Position numbers and translations under genes: made by a program. A DNA stretch of 57,027 nucleotides. Source: Nemertoderma westbladi (Eukaryota; Animalia; Xenacoelomorpha). Below are positions 24,346 through 35,140 of this stretch, in pieces; the stretch's first letter is position 1, and every line of letters begins with the position of its first letter. The stretch is from positions 1-57,027 of the forward strand of contig JAUCBJ010008351.1 in assembly GCA_032718475.1 (NCBI GenBank). The letters are read 5' to 3'. Below the pieces are notes generated by a model, which was given only the letters and a program-made list of their open reading frames with translations, did not search any database and was not told where the DNA came from.

Positions 24346-25227
24346 ACTCAAAATCACAAAAAAATGAAGGTTAAAAAACTCATTCGGGACCCTTTTGCTT
24401 AAGGAGTCAAAATTGTAGAACAAATTCCCAAAGTTTGCGACGTTTGCGAAATTCGCGACGTCAGTTTCTGTGCCCTAATGGTTTCGTGACGAAACAATCA
24501 AATCTTACACACTTAACACACACGAACTAATTTAAACTGGGTATTAGTATGCCTGAATAATTAAATAGAAATTAAATTAATGAACGCTATTTCAACATGA
24601 AATCTACGGAATCAATACACAACACACGCACACTACTGAATTTAAAAATTTATATAGATTGCAACTTATATTTGGCTACCTTTTAATGGGTGACTAATTT
24701 AATTATTCAACCCTATATATTTGTAGCCTTTTTAATTTGTGCCTCTAATTGAATCAAACATTAAACTAAAATATATGTTACAATATTGGTCTGTCGGTAG
24801 CTGGTCAATGAATCTCTCATAAATTTGTTAATTAGTCGCTGTTCAGTTATTGAACATTTGAACACGTGCTGCTCGAAGACCCCACAACGTGTACCTTTGC
24901 TACATTCTCAGACTCACTACTTAAGTAGAGCCTAGAAAATTTTACTTTATGCTGGAATGTTTAGAAAATTTAAATTAACGGGCCGGGGCGGGCCGGGCCC
25001 GGGTCTTGTAAAACCGGCCCGTGTCCATCTCTGCCACCCCTGAAGTCCATACCAAGACCATAGACCACAGTCAAGACTCAAGACCATAAACTGTATATAC
25101 CGTATTTACTCGAATAATTCCTCGAATTAACGCCCCCCTTACCATAAAATTAGCAACTTAAACGCCTTCCCCGAATAGACGCCGGCGTTAAATAAAATTA
25201 CAATGTGGGGCGTCAACATTGTTGAGA

Positions 25228-25317
25228 ATTAACTGATTTGTTAAGACTCAAGTTAAATAAAATGTAGTTAGGATTAACTGATTTGTTAAGACTCAAGTTA
25301 AATAAAATGTAGTTAGG
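25228..25317. repeat. Perfect 45-bp tandem duplication
   Basis: ATTAACTGATTTGTTAAGACTCAAGTTAAATAAAATGTAGTTAGG x2. Confidence 0.9.
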
Positions 25318-25734
25318 GTGTTGTACCGCTGTAATAGGCTGCATTCTAATAAAGATAATCCTGGTTATATTTGAATTATTTCATTTGTTTAACTTGTTTT
25401 CTTGAATTTAACAACATTCTTTATTAGGGTATTTAGATTCAAAATGCTGAAAATCTAGAACATAAGCGCCCACACTCGAACCAGACAAGTAGGTAGGAAC
25501 CAGACAGGTAGGAGTCGGTCCCAGTTAACGCACTTACCATCAATTATGTTTAGCTATATTGCCATGGAAACTGATTTTTCTAATTAACATCACTGGAATC
25601 GGATCTTTTTTGTAGTAAATTGTTATATTGTGACACAGAAGATCAAGTACTCTCCCGGATGGTGAAACTGAGTTTTCGAATTTAGGACTGGTTGATGTAC
25701 TGTAAAGCGGCATTTTGGCTGCATTAATATTGAT

Positions 25735-26045
25735 TACCGTATTGGATTATGCAGTGGGGACATCCACAACTGGTGAAGTTCTTGGCTTCACACTACTCAA
25801 GAACGTAGAAGTAGCATATATCCATCCCATACATTCACACACACAGACTTTGCGGATGACATCGCCCTGCTCTCTAATACCCTAGCAGATGCACAGCTTC
25901 TACTGAATAAAGTGGAGAGGGCTGCTAAGGAGTTGGATTACATATAAATGTTACCAAAACCGAATTCATGACTTTTAATGTTAAGGAAACCTGACCAGGA
26001 CCACCATCATCAATAAGTTGACGACTTCCAGTACCTCAGATCATA
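25735..26045 (+). pseudogene. Decayed non-LTR (RTE-like) reverse transcriptase fragment
   Basis: Translates to TDFADDIALLSNTLADAQLLLNKVERAAKE / GLHINVTKTEFM / VDDFQYL with frameshifts. Confidence 0.75.
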
Positions 26046-26733
26046 GATAGATAGATATCAGCACATATAAGTAACTCTATCAAAAATGGATACCACCTGG
26101 ATGGATATCAGACCTCTCCAGACTCCCAAAGACCAAGTACTCTCGAGCCACGTGTAATTATATACGGGTGAGATCTGAGGATCACAAGGATCTCCCTTTT
26201 TGAATCAAAGTACAATTATTTGACTGATAGATGAAACTTCGTTTGAATATTTATGGTTAAACTTTAATTTTTTGCACGTAATGTCAAAATAAAAAAAATG
26301 ACAACGGTGTTGCCAAACTAAAAGTTATAAACATGACAACAATTAAAAGCTTAATAAAGTCGGCATTGACGTCCACCCCCAGGACGTGGGACCGAATGGT
26401 GACCTCTAGGTTGTAAATCGGTCACGTCAAATTTGATGTCACCAGTTTGACTACAATGCCGACTTTGGTAAGCTATTCCCAATGAAAATTATAACAATAT
26501 AGCGCTACACAGGACACCGTTAAGGCTAAGTTGTAGGATAAATAGCGGATGTAATTAATAGCCTCCTGTTTTCAAACAAATATTCTGAAAAATCCCGGGC
26601 CCCTCAATGTCTTGGTGCACACAGGTTTCAGACAACCTAGCGAAGCCATTAATCCGACAGTTTACCATTAGTAAAGAAAGGTTTCAAGAATGTATAATAA
26701 TAAAATAATATAATAATCAAAATCATTATTTAA

Positions 26734-28374
26734 TTATAATTGGTAAACATCAATAGATGCAGTTATTGCGTTGTATATGAGGGTGTTATTGAGTGGTACA
26801 AACTGATGGGTGACAATCTTAATGACCTCTTGGGCTGCCGTCCCGGCGATAAAAGAGGCAACCGAGTGTAGTTTACTGTTCCCATAACGACACCATTCGT
26901 GGATGTAGTCGTCCGGGAAACTGTTGGCCACGGTGGAGCATTGGAGCGCAGAGAGAACAGAACGAACTGCGGAACGGAGAGGTGAAACGTCAGATTCGTA
27001 GGAACCATTAGCGCAGTCCCCCGGGTAACGAGAATACTCAGCGTAGAATCGATTGGCCGCCAAGTAGATGATGTACCAGTTAATAGAGGAGTCGATAGAT
27101 TGGTTGAGTTCGTAGCGAATTAATTGACAGTTCGGGGAGTCGGTTTCCTCCTGGATGGAACGACATCGAACAACCCGGAGGAACGCTGCGTTCCTACAGA
27201 ACAACTGGAGCGAGGAAGATTGAGGCCCAGGGCGGCTGGATGGCAGGAGGTCCCCCACGGCACTGCCGATCTCGTTTATGTGTCTCCCGGCCTCCTTGCG
27301 GTACAACTGCTGCAGCTGGATGTAGCTGCGCGAGTCCGAGAACATATCTGGGAGCGAGCCACGCAGTGGGAGGCAGCCATGGCGACGTACGAACTGTCCC
27401 AGTCCGTAGACCATCAACCAGAAGTCGTCCACTTTGGCGTTGACGTCTAAGGGATTAACTTTATGGTCGTTGAGGATTTCCATAACCTCATTCGGGATCT
27501 TCGTAGGTACCAAAGCCGTATTAACAGCTTTAAGCGCTTCTTCGAAATTCTCTTTCTCAGGGGAATTCTCATTCCCGTTCAAAGTTGGTTTAATATTATC
27601 CATCATAAGTTTTATAATCGATTTAAATTGTTGTTTATCTTTCATTCTAGGGAAACTTTCCATTCCGTGGTTTTCTTTCCAAACAGAAACCGCTTTTAGT
27701 AGGATGACCAGGTAGGGAACGTGTCCCAATTCACTGGAACTCATTGCCCGAAGGTCGAGATTGTCCACATGCTCCTGTAACTCCGGGAAGGGGCTATCTA
27801 TTCGTAGATCATCAATCGCATTGTCGGGGTGCGATTCTATCACCGTGTGCTCTTCGGTTACCAATCGAATGTATCCGATAAACCCACAGCAATCCACCAC
27901 AAGGAGCGGAATATTATAACCCCAAAGGAGGGCGGACAACAACTGCAGTTCCCGGTCTGTAATCCCAGTAGCAACGACTATCTTAAACGTTCTAAAGAAC
28001 TTGGGTGTCTCTGCGATTAACGACTCTAAGGGCCCGGTCTCGCAACTTCCGGTAACTTCTTCATTCATTTCAAGAAGGTAACGCATCACGGATTTCCCGC
28101 GATTTAATTTTAAACTTTCTTTGTCCAAAAAGAAGTTACATCCCAAATCGTCGTCGGTCACCATGGAACTGTCTACGATGCAGAACGAACCGATACCGGG
28201 GAGTATCAGGTTCTTGAGGATTTCTGTTCCCACGGCTGTTGCGTTTATCAGACACACACTTGCACACTCCAACCGCATTTGGCCGTGGTCGCCCCACAAC
28301 CGAAGTTGTCGATCGTATTTGCGGTTCTTCTCAACACTCAATGGACTTGGACTGTTCTCTATTGAATCACTCAT
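26734..28374 (-). CDS. NAE1: NEDD8-activating enzyme E1 regulatory subunit (APPBP1/ULA1), single exon, 546 aa
   Basis: KYDRQLRLWGDHGQ, ATAVGTEILKNLILPGIGSF, EHTVIESHPDN, LPLRGSLPDM, RYGNSKLHSVASFIAG and QEVIKIVTHQFVP. The first ATG, with ACCATG context, is at 28374; the track's 28434 start is a non-ATG codon. Confidence 0.95.
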   Translation of the reverse strand: MSDSIENSPSPLSVEKNRKYDRQLRLWGDHGQMRLECASVCLINATAVGTEILKNLILPGIGSFCIVDSSMVTDDDLGCNFFLDKESLKLNRGKSVMRYLLEMNEEVTGSCETGPLESLIAETPKFFRTFKIVVATGITDRELQLLSALLWGYNIPLLVVDCCGFIGYIRLVTEEHTVIESHPDNAIDDLRIDSPFPELQEHVDNLDLRAMSSSELGHVPYLVILLKAVSVWKENHGMESFPRMKDKQQFKSIIKLMMDNIKPTLNGNENSPEKENFEEALKAVNTALVPTKIPNEVMEILNDHKVNPLDVNAKVDDFWLMVYGLGQFVRRHGCLPLRGSLPDMFSDSRSYIQLQQLYRKEAGRHINEIGSAVGDLLPSSRPGPQSSSLQLFCRNAAFLRVVRCRSIQEETDSPNCQLIRYELNQSIDSSINWYIIYLAANRFYAEYSRYPGDCANGSYESDVSPLRSAVRSVLSALQCSTVANSFPDDYIHEWCRYGNSKLHSVASFIAGTAAQEVIKIVTHQFVPLNNTLIYNAITASIDVYQL

Positions 28375-28823
28375 GGTCTGATGGTTTATTACTAGTCCAG
28401 TCTGCCAGTAGTCAGCAGGTAGTAGAACAATCAACAGATCGATGACTCACAAGAGTAGCGGTGTGATTTGGGTGTTTAGAGACGGACTGCTAATCAAAGT
28501 GCAGAAGTGGCAGTGCTAAGCATCTATTAATAACACTAATTTGTTTTCACCCTAAGGTGAAGGTAGGTAAATTTTGTAAATGCAATATGGTAAATTTACC
28601 CCCAGCCCTGGCAGCCTGGTAATTTACATCGTAAGTCTGTAAGTGACCGACCCCCCTCCCACCAGAAGCATATCGCTAGTGGCAGAAGAACCGACAGCGA
28701 AACTAAACCATTTCCACGCTGTCCAGTCCAGCCTGCCAGCACTGTTCTTTTTGCTACTCTCGTGTCGGGAATGCTACAGACAGACTTTGGACCAATTGAA
28801 TGGATAGGATGTAGCGTTTGCAT

Positions 28824-29060
28824 GGGTGTAAACACTATGCCGACAACCGGCAACCATTGCCGACAACAGCAAATATGAAAATGTAACCTGAGTTCGTAAC
28901 TCTCGTTTATTGTTTTGGTTATACTAACCTTCCACTGTTAGCTGTCAGGCTGTTCCTTTCCCTCAATTAATAAATAACATTAATTAGCATTAAATAACAT
29001 CATTTAATGATGGTTGTCAGCATTGGTTGTCGGCGTTACGGCGTAGCATTACATACACCC
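28824..29060. mobile_element. MULE-like MITE ~450 bp upstream of NAE1
   Basis: Ends GGGTGTA / TACACCC, internal inverted GCCGACAACC / GGTTGTCGGC, and a 9-bp flanking duplication CGTTTGCAT / CGTTTGCAC. Confidence 0.7.
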
Positions 29061-31762
29061 CGTTTGCACGAAGTGGTTGGTATCATAAAAGTAAAACTCA
29101 ACACGAGGTTCGGGGTGATGAACTGATATGTGAGAGAGTGAGACCTGCATTTTGCCCACATTGAATATTGCTACGTGGCAAGTGCTTCAATGAGTCATTG
29201 TATAAGTACAGTATGTTTATTACTAAACCAGACTTAACTACAAATATTTCATTTACAGTACATCATTGTAATTAAACTAATCCACTTATACTCCGGTATT
29301 TTTTATTTTTCTTGCATTTATTATGCCTGGTATTGTACTATATAATATGTGGCTAACTCAATTACTCGATTACTAACTGACTAAAACTAGCAGCTTAATT
29401 ACTGTAATATCTGATTACTTTGGAATAATGGTAACCTGAACTGTTTGAAGTTAGCAATATTCCATTCTCATTGACTCTGTGTTAAACAGGATTAACGTGA
29501 TTCTGTGATTGGTTGCTGCTTAGTAGCAGCCCCTAGCAGGTTTCTCCAACCCCATCCCTTGTGGGTATAACCTTTCGCCGTATTCGTATCCGTATCCGTA
29601 TGCATTTGCCGTATCCGTATGCACATACGCGTATGTGCGTATGTAATGGATTCCTATGGAGCGAATAATCCGTATGTGATTTTAGAGATTAGGCATTGCG
29701 GACCGGACCAGTAAGAAGTGAACAGCACGCGGTCCGACGAATCTGTACAAATAAGTACAAAAAAAATACAAAATAGTACAAAAGAGTACAATAAAGTGCA
29801 AAAATACTACAAAAGAGTGCAAAAATAGTACAAACGAGTGAGAAACGGTTGCAAAACTTGTATTCAAGTGTAGTTCAAATCGTGCAGAGGGTCGCACATG
29901 ATGTGCAAAATAAAACAAAGCATAGTGGGGCGAGCCACGCATTGAGTGGGGAGCTGATCTAGCAGTCAGAGAGCATGACAATACAATCTTATGAGTTTTC
30001 AATGCAGCTTTTTGTGTTCTAAAAACACAAAAATCGGTCCCAAGCCCGTAAAAATGCAGAGGGAGAACTCACGTTTCACACTTAAATAGCAATCAAGAAC
30101 ATCAAGTTGGACCTTCCCAGGTAGCAAATGCAGTTCAAACAAACGTTCCACAGAATAAATAAACGTTGAATTTTCGTTATATTTAGTGATTTGAATTGGC
30201 GTCCAAGTGGAAATGGAAATGGAGACTGAAGTTTGCCTTGAAAGACTTGAAGGTGAGAAATGTACTGTATGTTGATGTATATTATACTAACTGTAGACTG
30301 TACAGTGATAATGTAATACTTTACTTCATATCGTATAATAGGCATGGCATGGTACGCGCAACTACAGGGTGCCGAGAAGGGGGAGGGCAGGTGGCAGAAG
30401 GTACATTGGTAATTGTATCGCAGCAATATGAATATTTTATTATTGAAATATTGTTGTAATAAATTATTACACTGTACTAAGGCTTTTAACAAAAATAAAA
30501 TTAGACGCTATGCTCTGTTATTTCTAACTACTGGGTGATATGTGATTATAATTTATTCAAATTATATTTTTCAGATTTCTAAGACGATTATTCAAGCTGT
30601 GATGGGATCTCGTGTTATGGGGAGCAACTCCAAAGGAGACAATGAGAAAGTTAAGGTTTGAACGAAGCGCGGGCCAGTTCCATTAGCCGGTGGTGGGGGG
30701 AAAAACAAAAAGTTCACAGATGTCATGGTTATTCGTTACACCTCTTGGCGATGATAGCTCCTCCTCGTAGAGTGGAAAATAAACTCTGAAGTAAACTGAA
30801 GTAAACCGCTGAAGTTAATAAATGTAAACAACATACAGATGTCTGTTAATCAACTGTATAAATATAAATGTTATAAATCAAACTAAACTGTAGGTTAATA
30901 TGTTTTTTATACATAAATAATTACCTCAATTAATATGTTTATTCTATTCTAAATATTAATATTATATTGGAAGATGAAGCGGGAATGTGGAGCCAGGGAT
31001 ATTAACCCTAAGAAATATATATTTATTGCTGAATTATCAATTATGAAAAATTTTGTTTTTGTTATTTAGCATATTCTAATATAAATAAGGAAAGAGCACA
31101 CGCAATGAAGCCACTTATGAAAGATTTTGTGTTTCTTAAAATTTATAATTGCAGAATAATATAATGTATTTGGCTAAGATTAGTGCAGATCATGAATTTC
31201 ACGAATAAACGGACATAGGGGCTCATAAAAAAAACCTTCGCATAATATTTTTAATGTTTGGATATCATGCCTAACATCCTAAAGTATCTGGAATGGGAAA
31301 TTGGAAGCAAATTCCGTTATGTGTGGGCTCCTACTTGAAAGTTGAAATAGACTACATTTTTTAACATTTTCCAAAATCTCTGTGCGAATATTGCCTACAA
31401 TTAAAGTGAAAATACAGTCATTATTATAAATAACATTAATCCTAGTTTCCTATGTCCTAGTTTGCCTGTGTGAGTAATGGTTCAACCTCGGTTGTAGTTA
31501 AGAAATAATTTAATTTAATTCGCAGGTATCGTGAAACCAGTTATTGCATCCCCCGCACCACACACAGTCAATTATACAGGGTTTGTGACATATCCCGCAA
31601 GGATAATTATTTTGTAACTTCTTCTTAGAGAGCGGCATATCTATTGCTTGAATATTAAATTGTTTTAATCAAACAGAATGGCCTACTGCAGTACAGTACA
31701 TGTGTATACTACAGTGGGGTATCCAGGGGGCATTGGGCGCCGTTGCCGCTGCGTACAGGAAT

Positions 31763-31929
31763 ATTGATCCGTGAATAACCAATCAGTAACATGTGTTAAC
31801 TTTCGTTTATTGTTTTGGTTCCCTCAACACGCCTCTGTAACATGCTCCTTTACTAACCTGCTCCTTTAAATAGTAATATTAAGTGGGGGACAACTCATTC
31901 TGAATGGATCGGATCATTCACGGATCAAT
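31763..31929. mobile_element. Small MITE-like element
   Basis: 14-bp perfect inverted repeat ATTGATCCGTGAAT / ATTCACGGATCAAT. Shares the internal TCGTTTATTGTTTTGGTT with the 28824 MITE. Confidence 0.5.
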
Positions 31930-32794
31930 TAATACTTGAGGCAAAATTCCACATGCAACTACAGCAGAACTACAGTATAAGGATAATAAACATCACACAA
32001 ATACATCTTGCGAAATACTGTAGTTGCGATGTACTGTAGAGTCTCTGATACGGTTTGCAGAAACGGTTTATTAGAAATAGAAATTTATTAGAAAGATTCT
32101 GCAAATAACTAAATGACTAAAATACTGTACCTAAAACTGACACACGCAATGATTGGAGAAACGAAATGATAATAATAATAAGGTTTGTTAGAGGATCTGT
32201 TGCTGGTGATCAAAAAGGTAGAGTTGCCGATATTTCAACGAATGTATATAAAAATTAATTATAATATACTAACGGGCCTTCATCAGGGCAGACGGAATGC
32301 TGGCTACCTACTGGGAAACTAAACTACTACAAATAGCACCAAGGTGACCTGGGCACGCAACTTTCTTTATAAATAGAAACGAAATGGTATGCAGCTGATG
32401 CAACACTAGAGTAATTGTGGCAGTGAAAGCGAAAAGGTACCTTAAGGTGAAAATGAGGTTTTTGAGTTAGATATTGCATGTGATTGGCCAACATCTCAGC
32501 TCTCTAATGAGCTATAAATCATCCTGATTGGATGAGTACATCAAGAGTTATTAGAAATTAAGTATTGGCAAGACAACCAGATGGAAAATATACTATTATG
32601 AGTAAATCGCGTTTAAAATTTTTGTTGTATTTTAATAGTAGTAGGGATTACTTACAAAATATCTTGAAAGTGAGTTTGCTAAATCGGAGTGGGTCTGTTG
32701 TTGTGTTGTGATGTTGAGGCTATAGGGGCAAAATGTGTAATAGGAATGTACATTAGCAAACTAATGAACAACTATGCTGCCTTTTTTTTCTGGC

Positions 32795-33462
32795 CTGGGA
32801 CTTCGAGCAGCACGTGATCAACTAAGCTGGATGGTTATCTAAGGCAGGGACTTCGAGCAGCACGTGAACAACTATGCTGGGTTTTTATCTAGTCTGGGAC
32901 TCCGAGCAGCACATGAACAACTAGGGTAGCTAGTTATCTAGTTTGAGACTTCGAGCAGTATGTGAATAACTAAGGTAGCTAGTTATCTAGTATGGGACTT
33001 CGAGCAGCACGTGAACAACAAAGCTAGATAATTATTTAGTTTGAGACTTCGAGCAGCATGCGAACAACTAAGGTAGCTTAGTCTGGGACTTCAAGCAGCG
33101 CGGGAACAAGTAAGCTAACTATGATTATCTATTTTGGGACTTCGAGCAGCACGTGAACAACAAAGCTAGCTAGTTATCTAGTTTGAGACTTCGAGCAGCA
33201 CGTGAACAATAAAGGTAGCTAGTTATAGTAGACTAGTCTGGGACTTCGAGCAGCACGTGAACAACAAAGGTAGCTAGTTATCAAGTCTGGGACTTCGAGC
33301 AGGACGTGCACAAATATGCTACGTTTTTATCTAGTTTGGGACTTCGAGCAGCACGTAAACATCAAAGCTATCTAGTTATCTTGTTTGAGACTTCGAGCAG
33401 CACGTGAACAACTGAGGTAGCTAGTTATCTGGTCTGGGACTTCGAGCAGCACGTGAACAACA
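32795..33462. repeat. Minisatellite, ~49 bp x 14
   Basis: Core GGGACTTCGAGCAGCACGTGAACAA followed by related AGCTAGTTATCTAGT linkers. Confidence 0.92.
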
Positions 33463-33796
33463 AACCTCAAAAACCCGTATACGTTCAGAATTATCAATCC
33501 AAACACAACAATTTTTTATTTGACATTTTTTACTTGTACTTTTCGTCCTGGGGTCAAAAATAGCACCAAAAACGATGGTTGTATTGCCAAAAATATTTTT
33601 AACATTTTTTATCGTGATCAGCGACCTCAAAAACCGGCATACATTCAGAATTATCAATCGAAACACAACATTTTTTAATTTGACATTTTTTTACTTGTAC
33701 TTTTCGTCCTGTGGGTCCAAATAGCACCAAAAATGATGGTTGCATTACCAGAAAATATTTTTAAGATGTTTTATCGTGTTTAACGACCTCGAAAAC
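33463..33796. repeat. ~160-bp tandem repeat x2, truncated by the E2 LTR
   Basis: ACCTCAAAAACC..ATAC.TTCAGAATTATCAATC...GTACTTTTCGTCCTG occurs twice; a third unit is cut at 33796. Confidence 0.85.
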
Positions 33797-35062
33797 TGTA
33801 CGCGCTTTTGAAGACCTTTAGCAGTTTAACCTGCCAAAATTTATATGTCTTTTGGTTTATAAATATACTTTAGAAGAAGACAAATATTTAATACCAATAA
33901 ACACAACATTAGCAGAAGCCAGCCTAGTGCGCGTCCATTCACCCGCTGGATATTCCCGGGAGACTGGATTCTGAGGGCTTAGATTATTATTGCAGTGAAG
34001 CTTACTGTATTGTATTATTCGATTGATCGTTAATAATTAATTTCTGACTAATATTATTTACTTTCGGGAAATATTGACAGTTCCTTTAGGACGTGGCGCT
34101 CTATCTAAGTAAACAGAGATATGACTTATACTAATCACAACGGTAAGTCGGTAAGGCTTATGATTCACGTATGAGGCGCATTCTTTAGGAAATGCTTAGT
34201 TATCAATCACAATCATGCACACTACCGGTAACACAATACTGCCCACTAATTTGCCGACCGTCAATGATTTTTATCATATATAAAGAGAACAGCAACGGAC
34301 CAATGTAGTGCTTATCAAATAGCATTAAATTCACTACAAACCACAACAATATAAGTCGCAATCGTTATATATAACCCGCCTCTCTAACCTGTAGTGTATC
34401 AAGAAAATTGGGAAATTTGGGTTCTTTATATATGTTCTCCAAATAATATTCAACCAAAACACAACAGTAAACAGCAGTATAATAATGTATATTGAACCGA
34501 TAATGCAAAACTGAACGGAGTTGCACTGAATTGTTATGAATTGTGAATGGATAACAGTCATACGCTCTATAATTTAAGCCTACTAATGTTTCTTCTAAAA
34601 GTATGAAACGAATTAACTCAAGAGCCGTTGTTCCTGGCCTAGACAGCAATAACAACAAAGTATCAAGAAAAAACAGTAAGACTGAACACTCTCCTTATGA
34701 TCGACCGAAAAGCTACACGTCGACAGGAAAAATCGCTCTGATTGGCTCAAGCCAAACAAAGAACCATGCATCCAATGGCTGTTTCCATGTCAGCAACCAG
34801 CTGTTAGATGTCGTAATATGAATCATCACGGCTAAGCTATGAAAGGTATTTGTCGCATTGCAGGTTTTTTTGCCTTACCATGTCCGCTAAAACACGTATA
34901 TAGCAGAATGACTTTTATGTCCGTTAAAACACCTGCAAAGGTACCTTGCGGGCGAGGGGAACATATATACAGTTAGAGAACCTTTTTAGAGTATTCCAGC
35001 GCCTGGGGGGAAACTGGATTGCGAAGCAAAAGGGCCAGTTATATCCCACAGAAGCTTTTACA
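33797..35062 (-). repeat. E2 3' LTR
   Basis: Same termini as the E1 LTRs and highly similar at both ends, but diverged at ~34480-34900. The same PPT GGGAGCGG is adjacent. Confidence 0.92.
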
Positions 35063-35140
35063 CCGCTCCCAGAAAATGGGATTTGAGTCTATAAAATATA
35101 CAAAATCACAGTTTCTAATATACGTAAATACTCTAAACAG

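Larger units (their letters stand above)
8380..24892 (+). mobile_element. Second HINE-like element nested in the hAT element and itself split by LTR element E1
   Basis: 5' TGTGGGGCGAGACACG followed by (GT)n at ~8451; 3' CACGTGCTGCTCGAAGACCCCACAACGTG at ~24864-24892. Both resemble the termini of 3321-8016. Pairing of the two ends is inferred. Confidence 0.4.
8169..25033. mobile_element. hAT-like non-autonomous element expanded to ~17 kb by nested insertions
   Basis: TIRs CAGATATGGACACGGGCCGG (8169) / CCGGCCCGTGTCCATCTCTG (ends 25033), 19/20 match. Flanking 8-mers CCATTCCT and CCACCCCT (6/8) fit a decayed 8-bp TSD. Confidence 0.65.

Noticed and set aside
25538-25720. Minus-strand exon ending at a GTAAGT donor
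   Set aside because: All three frames contain stops and no recognisable protein is encoded.
28375-28434. 20-aa N-terminal extension of NAE1
   Set aside because: It starts at a non-ATG codon; the ATG at 28374 has good context and gives the expected N-terminus.
32795-33462. CRISPR-like array (conserved ~25-bp core with variable linkers)
   Set aside because: The linkers are homologous to each other, there are no cas genes, the context is eukaryotic, and the core matches a TE terminus.
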